DNA from: Mesotaenium endlicherianum
Taxonomy: Eukaryota
DNA: 25,207 bases
Reading direction: 5' to 3'
Assembly: GCA_009602735.1 (NCBI GenBank)
Contig: WELA01001939.1
Coordinates: forward strand, 1,021,742-1,046,948
Shown here: piece after piece, positions 1-10,275 of the stretch
Position numbering within the stretch: position 1 is the first letter of the stretch
Layout: the number at the start of each line of letters is the position of its first letter
Position numbers and translations under genes: made by a program
Notes under the pieces: model-generated
What the model was told of the DNA's origin: nothing
The model's database searches: none
The model's input: only the letters and a program-made list of their open reading frames with translations

Positions 1-532
1 AGCTGACTTCCGTACTCGGTAGCAGCGAACTGCCTCGATATGCATCTAAGTGTGGTATGCTAGATGAATGGCCAGATGATATCCCTATGATGGATGGCGA
101 TTCGGGATGATGGGAGATGGCGGTGGATTTGGTTAACCGAGGTCCTACCAACGTGGTTAACTCCCGGGTAGGCGGTGCCATCGCACTGACCGTTGAACAG
201 TAAACTCATTCCATGTACATATGCTAGGCATTGCTCTCGAGTTCGGCATTCCGAAACAAGGCCAGCTCTCTTGTACAGCTGACTGCGAGAGATCTGAATC
301 CAAGGCGAGAAACCATTGATACGCACTGTCTTCTAACCTTGCTTATGTATGAGTTTACTGATTTGCATTATTGATGCTGGTTTACTAGCATTTGACTTAC
401 GAGTATCACTCCCTGCTAACGTGTTGTCCTTTGCCGTTTAACCAGTTAAAGAAAAATACCATAAAGATTACTTGCTGATATAAAGATCTCTATTAATTGT
501 TCATCGCCTATTTGGTATGTCGATTCATTTCA
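1..532 (+). repeat. 5' LTR of copy A (first ~189 bp outside window)
   Basis: Aligns colinearly to 13559-14090; ends ...GATTCATTTCA just before the PBS. Confidence 0.95.
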
Positions 533-533
533 G

Positions 534-545
534 TGGTATCGGAGC
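534..545 (+). promoter_or_regulatory. Primer-binding site (tRNA-iMet type), copy A
   Basis: TGGTATCGGAGC 1 nt after the LTR-terminal CA; one mismatch to the canonical TGGTATCAGAGC. Confidence 0.9.
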
Positions 546-566
546 GGTTATCACAATCTTCATTGT

Positions 567-2073
567 ATGGTAAGGACAAGGTCTCAAACTAGCAACTCAC
601 GAGACATGGAGAACCAGGATAACGAGAATGTCAAAAACTAGGCGGAAAGCCATGTAGCGGGAACCCGTACCTATTCTGAAGCAGTGGCAGATACTGCAGC
701 TAGAGAGGCTGCAGATGAGGCAGCTGCTATTGCCGCAGTCGCAGCACAGCAAGCTGAGGAGGAGAGAGCCAGATTAGAAGCTGAACAAGTAGCAAAGGCC
801 GCTGAAGATACAGAAAGGAGGGAAGGACAGCCAGCTGACGAGCGCACTGTTGAAGAACTTATGGCATCAAGGGCCAATGTTCTGAACCCACCTCCTGCTG
901 TACAACTCAATGTACCCCTAGGTCAAATACGTGACCGGCTGAATGCGGCAGGAATTGCTGCTGCAGGAGCGAGAGGGACTGTTGAGGACACTACTCAGCG
1001 AGTAGATGCCAATGCTGCTGCTGCATTTGCTAGACTACCACCCCAGAGTGTAGACTTGGGAGCATTGTTCGTTCAAATGCAGTCGCAAATGGCGACCATG
1101 TATCAGTCCCAACAGGAGGACAAAAGAATCATAATGTCTCTCCTGCGGGACAGAGACCAATTGGGGTCTCAAACCACTAGTGGTGGTGGCCGGGGGCCTA
1201 GTAAGCCCAAGCCGAAACCTCCCCAGGAATATGATCCTGAGGGTAACAGAACATACTACCTGATCAAGTTTCTCGCTGATGTTNGGATGTTGAGCAGTGG
1301 CTCGAGAACTATCCAGAACTGCAAGATTACGAGAAGGTCAGGCACACCGGTGCGCTACTGAAAGGCAGTGCCGCAGACTGGTGGCTTTACTGGAAGGGAG
1401 AGCGTAAGGCTCGGCAACTCGGTGACCCTACGTGGGTAGAGTTTGTCGAGAAGTTGCATGAGAAGTTTGATGTCATCAACCAGCAGGAGAAAGCTATCTA
1501 TGCGATGATCTCCCTGACACTGAAGCAGACCACTTCAGTTGCTGAGTTTGCTCAAAAGTTCCAGGAGAACATGTTGAAGCAGCCAGACTTGCCAGAACGG
1601 TATAGGATAGCATACTTCACGTATGGCTTGAAATCCGAGGTCTCTGGTCATTTTGCTGAGAAAAAGTATGAGAAACTGGCTGACTTGATCCAGGATGCTG
1701 ACGCCTGGGATCAGCAGCAGTTCAATCACAAGCGCCAGAGTAATGCTTTGGTGTCTAAGATTGTCAAAAAGCCCCACGGTTCCTACAATGCAGTTGAAGG
1801 AGACCAGGCTGAGGATAATCAGGGTGATGAATATGAGTATGAGTATAATGCCATTCAGTCTAGAGGTAGANCATACAGTCTAGAGGTAGAGGTGGTTTCC
1901 CTCGAGGCGGCTATGGAAGAGGTGGTGGTAGGACTAAGCCGAGACCAGCCTCAGCAAAATCGATTTGCTTCCATTGCCACCAGCCAGGTCACTTCAGAGA
2001 GCAGTGTCCAGACAAGCACCTCCCAAAAGTCGAGAGAAAAGACCAGCCTTTAAAAGACAACAACAGTCAGTAA
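567..2073 (+). pseudogene. gag: gag of copy A (capsid domain + CCHC zinc knuckle)
   Basis: Colinear with intact gag of B (MVRTRSQ...). Premature TAG at 639-641 where B has CAG; knuckle CFHCHQPGHFREQC. Frame breaks at the single Ns (1284, 1871) look like assembly joins. Confidence 0.92.
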
Positions 2074-3230
2074 TCCAGTCTACTGAATGTGAGGATGCTA
2101 GAGATAGTGAGTCGTCACTAGCTGCCCTCGTTGCAGGTATTATGGGTCCTGCTTAACTGGATTCACTATGCATGCCTGACAACCAGATAAAGAAGACCAT
2201 CAGCAATATAGACGTCCAAAGAGTGCACACTCTGGATGCTCTTGTTCCACCTGATGTCCAACATTTCTTTGCTAAGTCAGGAGAACAATGCGAAAGTCAG
2301 GAAAAGACGATTCCCCCTATCCTACTGCATTGCATCATTGCAGGTAGGAAGGTGAGGGCATTTGTTGACGGAGGGGCGTCACATACTTTTATCCACAAGG
2401 ACTTAGTTAAGCGGCTAAGGCTGCTTACTGTCACCCAAGGGAATAGAAAAATATTCCTTGGAGATGCCTCAAGTATCCCGGGAGAAGTCATAACCAAGCC
2501 TTTTGAGGTCTAGTTAGGTTCTGGCATTGCAGTTCTAACTGAGACGCTTACATTTACGGTACTCAACACTAGCTTTTATGATCTCGTGCTAGGCAGGTCT
2601 AGGCTTAATAGACATCAAGCTGAAGTGTGTTGGAGCAGAGGTACAGTTAAAGTGAGAGGAGCCAGTGATGGGCAGACTGACTTGGCACCCACCAGTGCTC
2701 TTCCTCTTGTCCTGTGTGGATGGCAAATGAAGGAAAAGAAGAGGCTTCCAGAAGGATGCAAGTTGCTGAATTCAATGGAGTTCGTCAAATTGCATTCTCA
2801 GCACCTGTACCTCCCTGGTGTGGTCAAGAAAAAGCTTGGACCTGTCTGGGTCGGTCCATATTCGGTAGTGCGTCGTGTCGGTCAGAATGCTTACAAACTG
2901 AACATGTCAGCAGACTACAAGGGTCACCCGGTCTTTAACGTCTCCTTCCTGGAACCATACATCAAAGGTGATACACTGTTCACAGGTCGGTTACCTATCC
3001 AACCGGGACCGGTCCCCGCTGTCTGGGACGGCGATACTAAGGAATATGAGGTCAATGAAATTTTAGACGCTCGCTCGGTCCGTCGATCGTCTAAATATGT
3101 TATGAAGTACCTCATCCGATAGAAAGGTTACGATGCCTCTGGGGAAACTTGGGAGTTTAAAGACCAGCTGACCAATGCCAAAGGGGCGTTGAAGCGGTTC
3201 CGCCTTCGGGCGGCTGAGGCACCGCTCTAA
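2049..3230 (+). pseudogene. pol: pol remnant of copy A: aspartic protease fused in frame to integrase C-terminus + chromodomain; RT, RNase H and IN core deleted
   Basis: [12 protein letters not shown] protease motif; junction EFVK|LHSQH at 2784-2789; WVGPY and HPVFNVSFL motifs; chromodomain YEVNEILD..KYLIR*KGY; in-frame stops at 2154, 2511, 3120. Confidence 0.92.
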
Positions 3231-3555
3231 CTGTCCCTTCAGTGGACATGGGAACATAACAGGAGCTCCGGTCTCCATATAAGTTGGAGGGGGATGTGAC
3301 AGTTAGTGTCAGTTGTGACAGGCATCCCACCTTTAAAATTATGTTGGAGGGAGTGTTGTTCTCTGATCACCATAGTACACACTCAACCTGCGCTCACACT
3401 CACTTGCTCTCTAAACTCAATTTTCCCTTATAGTCACTCACACCAGGTATTCCACACTAGGAACTCTCCCGATCGCGTTCCTTTTCATCAAGGGCACTCA
3501 GTAGCGGCAAAATACCATGACTTCACTAACTGCATTGTGTTTATGATTGAGCAGG

Positions 3556-4416
3556 ATGACCCAAAAGTCGGAACTCAAGAGGAAGAGAAGGGCGAAAGAG
3601 GCACATGCAGAATACTTGCAATTCCGTGGAGACATCGAATCATCCTCCATCTCCGCTCGGGAATCACAACGACTCCAACAACAGCGGGAGGCACAGAAGA
3701 AGAAGGAGGAGGAGGAACGGGCCAGACTGTGGAAGGAAGAACTGGACAGAAAAGCTGCAGAGGAGGCCAAGAAAGCAGAGGAGGAGAGGCAAGCTGAAGA
3801 GAGGCGGAAGCAGCAGGCTGAAGAAGAAGAACAGAGGAGAATCAGCAGCTACCGCTACACAGTGCTGGGCAAGGGCTTTGATCTACTGGAGGAGGCCTTT
3901 AAGTATGCCCAGAGAAGTCGCAGTGAGTCGCAAAAGGAAATCCTCCAGAGAGAAGGGGAGACATCTGAAAACTTTGACAAGTATATAGAGGTCAGCACGG
4001 GGCTCCTACTCTACCACGATTACGCCTGGATGGTAGGATATACGGTCAGAGAGGCCAAGGCAATGGCCCAGGTGAACGAAGCAGGGGCTGTATCGAAACC
4101 TGGTATCTGGGGGGAAGATAGGGTCATCAAGAAGATGCCCATGGACGCGGACAGCTTTAAGGACTCTACACCCCATAACAGGTTCAAGGCCATGTACAAT
4201 GAGGTGGAGAGAAGGAGCTGGGAATTCTTGGCCAAGGAAACCAGTCAGCTAGACTTTGCAGGGCACTGGTACCCTTGTACTCTTAAAAGGACAAACCCTG
4301 CCTTCTTCCAAAAGCCCACTGATTGGAGGTGGATGACCATCAACATGAGGGACCAGCAGAATGACAGGGCGACGGATGAGGATTTCCTGACAGACCTAAA
4401 GAGGAACATAGTATTG
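3556..4416 (+). pseudogene. Extra ORF of copy A, 5' part (unknown protein; coiled-coil plus Trp-rich domain), split by insertion of B
   Basis: Shares YRYTV, MVGYT, DSFKD, YNEVERRSWE, PTDWRWMT with B ORF 5198-6874; reads in frame into 12488 once B and one TSD are removed (NIVL|PPHVAAWDPRLNG). Confidence 0.88.
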
Positions 4417-5084
4417 TGAAATGAATCGACTTACCAAATAGGCGATTAACAATAAATAAAGATCTTTATATCAGCAAGTAATCTTATGGTATTTCCGTAA
4501 ACTAGTTAAACGGCAAAGGACAATACACTAGCAGGGAATAATACTCGTAAGTCAAATGCGAGTAAACTAGCATCAATGATGGAAATCAGTAAACTCATAC
4601 ATAAGCAAGGTTAGAAGACAGTGCGTATCAATGGCTTCTCGTCTTGGATTCAGAGTTCTCTCAGTAAGCTGTACAAGAGAGTTGGCCTCGTTTCCGAATG
4701 CCGAACTCGAGAGCAATGCCTAGCATATGTACATGGAATGAGTTTACTGTTCAACGGTCAGTGCGATGGCACCGCCTACCCGGGAGTTAACCACGTTGGT
4801 AGGACCTCGGTTAACCAAATCCACCGCCATCTCCCATCATCCCGAATAGCCATCCATCATAGGGATGTCATCTGGCCATTCATCTAGCATACCACACTTA
4901 GATGCATATCGAGGCAGTTCGCTGCTACCGAGTACGGAAGTCAGCTGGCTGTCAAAGAATGTGTCAGCAAGCTGACTTAAGTTGACCTCAGCCTGCTNNN
5001 NNNNNNNNNNNNNNNNNNNNNNNNNNNNNNNNNNNNNNNNNGTCTAAATGAATATTATATCGACTAATATACTGACTCATTACA
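4417..5084 (-). repeat. 3' LTR of copy B (N gap at 4998-5041)
   Basis: Minus strand TGTAATGA...GATTCATTTCA; ~17 mismatches in ~560 bp versus the 11764-12482 copy. Confidence 0.95.
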
Positions 5085-5097
5085 ATCCCTCCAACTT
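5085..5097 (-). promoter_or_regulatory. Polypurine tract of copy B
   Basis: AAGTTGGAGGGAT directly before the LTR TG; preceded by hairpin TGTTGTCG-AGG-CGACAACA. Confidence 0.85.
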
Positions 5098-5197
5098 AAC
5101 TTGTTGTCGCCTCGACAACATTAAACTGCAGAAATTTTAAATAAGGGAACTGAACCTGACCAGCCTCCCTTACTGACTGCCTCTTCAGCGTGTCACC

Positions 5198-6874
5198 TTA
5201 AGGGGTTGTTCCTGGGGCTTCAGGGTCAGGAGACGGAGATCTGGACCTAGATCTGGACAGCCCTCTAGGTCTGTCAGCTGGCCTTCTAAAGAACCCTGTT
5301 TGCTCTAAAGTTGGCCCTCGAGGAGAACGGAGGATGGTGGCCTGCTCTTCAACCACTTGGGTGTTGATTCCCACATAGACAGGCATTCCAGTAGGATGCT
5401 GAAATACATTGGCTAGAGGTACATGCCCCTGAGCGGAGGGGGAGGCTGGCATACCTCTGGCCCACCCGCGTGTCCCTCTTCTGGCACCCCTGTCCTCTGG
5501 GGATTTCTGTCTGTGTCTGCTGCCCAGTACAGTCAGATCAGCTTCTTCCCCTGCTTGGGCAGGTGGGCTGGGGGAGCGAGCGCGGGGTCCAGTTGTCGCC
5601 ATAACGGGGATCACATTCCACACACCTGATCGTGGTTCTTTAGGAAGTGCCACTGCCTGTCCCTGGGTATCCTGAGTACCTGCTGCTGATGCTTCTCCTC
5701 TGCCTTGTTCTTCTTCCTCATCCTCCTCATCCTCCTCCTCGGAGAGAGTAGGGGTCTCGTCCACTAAGTCGTCCTGCTCCCTAGTAGACATGGAGTAGTC
5801 TACCGACCTCCCTTTCTTAGGGCGCGCTGGAGGTTGCTTGGCCTTCAGCCTACTGATATCTATCCGGCCTGCATTCTTTGCCCATTTGACAAAGGCATGC
5901 TTTCCCTTAGAGAAGTAGTCTCTTCCCCTCCTCCTATGTTCCTTGGTCTCTGCATTCATATTGCTCAGGCATCCATTCAGCCTGGGGTCCCAAGGGGCAA
6001 TGTGAGGTGGTAGGATGAGATAGCCGTCTAGGCCATAGTGGAAGTCATCCGGTTGGGCTCGGTCACACTCCTGCTTCTTATTTGTGACGGTCATCCACCT
6101 CCAGTCTGTTGGCTGCTGGTAGTACTGGGGTCCGTGCTCAGCCTTCCTCAGTTTACACGGGAACCAGTGGGGAGAGAACATCTGCTGTCCTGCTTCCCTG
6201 GCCAAGTACTCCCAGCTCCTTCTCTCAACTTCATTGTAAGCTGGCAGGAGTGTGAGGTAGAATACCGTATCCTTAAAGCTATCGGGCCGCATGCTCACCA
6301 TCCGGATGAGTCTCTGATCTCCCACTATTCCCGGTATGGGGACCGGCTTGTCCTCTGAATCATCTGCGAGATACCGGGCCTGCTCTGCTGTATAGCCCAC
6401 CATTTTAGCATAATCTTCGTAAAGGACCACGCCGGTGTGTGTCTCGATGTACCTATCCAGTGCTGTAGCTCCTTCCTTCTGTAGCAGTGTTGTTTGTTCC
6501 AGCCTGTTGATCTCCTGGGCTGCCAGTAATGCTTCCTTCAGGTTATCGAAGTTTTGGCCACCCACAACAGTATACCTGTAAGTGGCCAAGCTCTTCTGTC
6601 TGTCCGCTTCCATCTTTTTCCTTTTCTCCTCTTCTGCCGCTGCCGCTTCTTCTTGCTGTTTCTTCTGTCTCTCCTCCTCAGCCTTCCTGAGGTTTTCCGC
6701 TTCCTGATCCTTCTTCCTCTGTGCCTCTTCTGCCGCCTCTTGTTGCTTGCGGACCCTTTCTTGTTCTCTCCTGGTGAGGGACGTCGCCGCCAGCTCCTTC
6801 TGGTATTGCTCCATTGTCCTCCTGGCTTCTTCTGCCTTGCGCTTTCTGTCCTCCTTTTGTGTGGTGGGCGCCAT
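5198..6874 (-). CDS. Extra (third) ORF of copy B, ~558 aa, unknown function: charged coiled-coil, Trp/Tyr-rich core, acidic tract, Arg/Ser/Pro-rich tail
   Basis: Long open frame, same sense as gag-pol, between pol stop and PPT; diverged homolog at the same position in A; start chosen from the shared GCAG-G-ATG context. Confidence 0.85.
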   Translation of the reverse strand: MAPTTQKEDRKRKAEEARRTMEQYQKELAATSLTRREQERVRKQQEAAEEAQRKKDQEAENLRKAEEERQKKQQEEAAAAEEEKRKKMEADRQKSLATYRYTVVGGQNFDNLKEALLAAQEINRLEQTTLLQKEGATALDRYIETHTGVVLYEDYAKMVGYTAEQARYLADDSEDKPVPIPGIVGDQRLIRMVSMRPDSFKDTVFYLTLLPAYNEVERRSWEYLAREAGQQMFSPHWFPCKLRKAEHGPQYYQQPTDWRWMTVTNKKQECDRAQPDDFHYGLDGYLILPPHIAPWDPRLNGCLSNMNAETKEHRRRGRDYFSKGKHAFVKWAKNAGRIDISRLKAKQPPARPKKGRSVDYSMSTREQDDLVDETPTLSEEEDEEDEEEEQGRGEASAAGTQDTQGQAVALPKEPRSGVWNVIPVMATTGPRARSPSPPAQAGEEADLTVLGSRHRQKSPEDRGARRGTRGWARGMPASPSAQGHVPLANVFQHPTGMPVYVGINTQVVEEQATILRSPRGPTLEQTGFFRRPADRPRGLSRSRSRSPSPDPEAPGTTP

Positions 6875-7141
6875 CCTGCACATGTAACCAGGGCACAAGT
6901 TAGTAGGATATGGACCTTTGTCATAGGGATTGCAGGAAGTATGTTAGTATTTAGTATAGTGGCTTCGCTGCTGTTTACCTTACAGGATGATTGCTAAAAG
7001 TTGACGTAGTTGCGATGCGCTACACATAAACGTATGAGTGTGTTTTTATCGCTCTCGCTCACTAACTGTCATATATTTTCCCCTCCAACTTAAATGGAGA
7101 CAGGACCGCCTGTCACCTTCCCGTGTCAACTGAAATGACAG

Positions 7142-10100
7142 TTATGGAGGGACTCCAGCGGCCCGAAGGTGGAACCGTGTCAACGCCCCTTTGGCATTGG
7201 TCAAGTGGTCCTTAAACTCCCAAGTGTCCCCAGAGGCATCGTAACCCTTCCATCGAATGAGGTATTTCATGACATATTTAGACGATCGACGGACCGAGCG
7301 AGCGTCTAAAATCTCATCGACCTCATATTCCTCAGGGTCGCCGTCCCGGACAGCGGGGACCGGTCCCGGTTGGACAGGGAACCGACCTGTGAACAGTGTA
7401 TCACCTTTGATGTACGGTTCCAGGAAGGAGACATTAAAGACCGGGTGCCCCTTGTATTCAGCTGACATGTTCAGTTTGTAAGCATTCTGACCGACACGAC
7501 GGACCACCGAATATGGACCGACCCAGACAGGGCCAAGCTTTTTCTTGACCACACCAGGGAGGTACAGGTGCTGAGAATGCAGTTTGACTAAATCCCCCTT
7601 GGAAAATGTCAGTTCCCGACGGTGTTGATTAGCGTATTTTTGTTGGTTTTCTTGGGCCGTGTGCAAGTTTCGTTGGACTTCTGACAGGGTGTCAGCAAAC
7701 TCCTGAGTTAACTGGAGGGAGACCGGGTTGTCAATCCCTTCAGGGTGAGTTAAGGATTCCCCTAGCACATCTAAAGGAGACTTAGGGACTCTACTTAGGC
7801 ATAGTTCAAAAGGAGTCTTGCCCGTTGACGCATGCACCGCACTGTTGACCGCAAACTGAATTTGAGGTAACAGGTCATCCCAATTATCTTGTTTTTGGTT
7901 AATATATGCTCTCAGCACCTCTTGCAGAATTCGGTTAGTTCTTTCAGTCTGCCCATCAGTCTGAGGGTGGTTTGCTGTGCTGAGCAGGTGTTTGACTCCC
8001 ATTAACCCCATTAAAGCTCTCCATAACTTAGAGGTGAATTTTGAGTCTCTGTCTGAGATGATATTAGAAGGGAGCCCATGTTGGCATACTACATGGTTGT
8101 AAAACTGTCTGGCTGTTTCGAGTGCAGTTTCTTTGACAGTTGTGGGGATAAACATGACCATTTTTGTCAGTTTATCCACAACTACCAGTATTGAATCATG
8201 CCCGTTGGCAGTTCTTGGTAGTGAGACCACCCAGTCCATGGATATAGTTTCCCAGCGTCCCGCTGGGATGGGCAGCGGTTGNNNNNNNNNNNNNNNNNNN
8301 NNNNNNNNNNNNNNNNNNNNNNNNNNNNNNNNNNNNNNNNNNNNNNNNNNNNNNNNNNNNNNNNNNNNNNNNNNNNNNNNNNNNNNNNNNNNNNNNNNNN
8401 NNNNNNNNNNNNNNNNNNNNNNNNNNNNNNNNNNNNNNNNNNNNNNNNNNNNNNNNNNNNNNNNNNNNNNNNNNNNNNNNNNNNNNNNNNNNNNNNNNNN
8501 NNNNNNNNNNNNNNNNNNNNNNNNNNNNNNNNNNNNNNNNNNNNNNNNNNNNNNNNNNNNNNNNNNNNNNNNNNNNNNNNNNNNNNNNNNNNNNNNNNNN
8601 NNNNNNNNNNNNNNNNNNNNNNNNNNNNNNNNNNNNNNNNNNNNNNNNNNNNNNNNNNNNNNNNNNNNNNNNNNNNNNNNNNNNNNNNNNNNNNNNNNNN
8701 NNNNNNNNNNNNNNNNNNNNNNNNNNNNNNNNNNNNNNNNNNNNNNNNNNNNNNNNNNNNNNNNNNNNNNNNNNNNNNNNNNNNNNNNNNNNNNNNNNNN
8801 NNNNNNNNNNNNNNNNNNNNNNNNNNNNNNNNNNNNNNNNNNNNNNNNNNNNNNNNNNNNNNNNNNNNNNNNNNNNNNNNNNNNNNNNNNNNNNNNNNNN
8901 NNNNNNNNNNNNNNNNNNNNNNNNNNNNNNNNNNNNNNNNNNNNNNNNNNNNNNNNNNNNNNNNNNNNNNNNNNNNNNNNNNNNNNNNNNNNNNNNNNNN
9001 NNNNNNNNNNNNNNNNNNNNNNNNNNNNNNNNNNNNNNNNNNNNNNNNNNNNNNNNNNNNNNNNNNNNNNNNNNNNNNNNNNNNNNNNNNNNNNNNNNNN
9101 ATTCTGGGTAAAGCATACTTGTTCTTTCCTGTAGTTCTGTTCAGGGCTCTGTAATCCACACACATTCGCATACTGCCATCCTTTTTCTTAACAAATAGGA
9201 TAGGTGCGCCGTACGGCGATTTACTGGGAGAAATGTAACCATTTTCCTCCAGCTCTGCAATCTGTGTTTTCAACTCCTCACTCTCCAAATAAGACAAGCC
9301 ATACGTGCGTTGCCAGGGTGGCTGGCTACCAGGTAATAGATCAATCCTATGATCTACTTCCCGCTTAGGGGGTAGTCCTGGAGGCATATTAAACACATCC
9401 GTGTACTGAGCAACAATGTTTGCAGCAGTAGGGTGCTCCGGAGGGTGTACCTTTTTCTCAACCACTTCTTCAGGTTGAGGAGGTACCTCTCTTAGCAGCA
9501 GACAGAACATTCTGTCTTCCTTCTGGTTCCAGCTTTTGACGAACTCCATTGCATTCAGCAACTTGCATCCTTCTGGAAGCCTCTTCTTTTCCTTCATTTG
9601 CCATCCACACAGGACAAGAGGAAGAGCACTGGTGGGTGCCAAGTCAGTCTGCCCATCACTGGCTCCTCTCACTTTAACTGTACCTCTGCTCCAACACACT
9701 TCAGCTTGATGTCTATTAAGCCAGGACCTGCCTAGCACGAGATCATAAAAGCCAGTGTTGAGTACCTCAAATGTAAGCGTTTCAGTTAGAACTGCAATGC
9801 CAGAACCTAACTGGACCTCAATAGGCTTGGTTATAACTCCTCCCGGGATACTTGAGGCATCTCCAAGGAATATTTTTCTATTCCCTTGGGTGACAGTAGG
9901 CAGCCTTAGCCGCTTAACTAAGTCCTTGTGAATAAAAGTATGTGACGCCCCTCCGTCAACAAATGCCCTCACCTTCCTACCTGCAATCATGCAATGCAGT
10001 AGGATAGGGGGGACTGTCTTTTCCTGACTTTCGCATTGTTCTCCTGACGTAGCAAAGAAATGTTGGACATCAGGTGGAACAAGAGCATCCAGAGTGTGCA

Positions 10101-10275
10101 CTCTCTGGACGTCTATATTACTGATGGTCTCCTTTATCTGTTTGTCAAGCATGCATACTGAATCCAGTTCAGCAGGACCCATAACACCTGCTACGAGGGC
10201 AGCTAGTGACGACTCACTATCTCTAGCATCCTCACAGTCAGTAGACTGGATTACTGACTGTTGCTGTCTTTTAAA
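7142..10275 (-). CDS. pol: pol of copy B: protease, RT N-terminus, [gap 8282-9100], integrase core, GPY/F motif, chromodomain
   Basis: [72 protein letters not shown]...YLIRWKGY...TWE. In -1 frame relative to gag. Confidence 0.95.
8282..9100. other. Assembly gap (819 N) covering RT catalytic core, RNase H and IN zinc finger of B
   Basis: Run of Ns. Confidence 1.
10234..10275 (-). promoter_or_regulatory. Putative programmed -1 ribosomal frameshift signal (gag/pol) of B
   Basis: T TTA AAA heptamer in gag frame (10275-10269), 7-nt spacer, perfect 10-bp stem ACAGTCAGTA/TACTGACTGT; same site in A at 2049-2090. Confidence 0.8.

Noticed and set aside
60..326. 88-aa antisense ORF (MRINGFSPW...) recurring at 4621, 11968 and 13618
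   Set aside because: Lies within the LTR, so recurrence just reflects LTR identity; GTG start, no motif, truncated in one copy.
1278..1292. Apparent frameshift in A gag
   Set aside because: Single N flanked by duplicated GATGTT; looks like an unmerged contig overlap.
1856..1890. Apparent tandem duplication/frameshift in A gag
   Set aside because: CAGTCTAGAGGTAGA duplicated around a single N; likely assembly join.
1..5084. Large inverted repeat / DIRS-like or TIR element formed by 1-532 and 4417-4946
   Set aside because: Explained by inverted insertion of same-family copy B with TSD TATTG; integrase is DDE type.
5198..6874. env gene call for the extra ORF
   Set aside because: No signal peptide or hydrophobic transmembrane segment visible; highly charged.
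8133..9163. ORFs made mostly of X
   Set aside because: Artefacts of translating the N gap.
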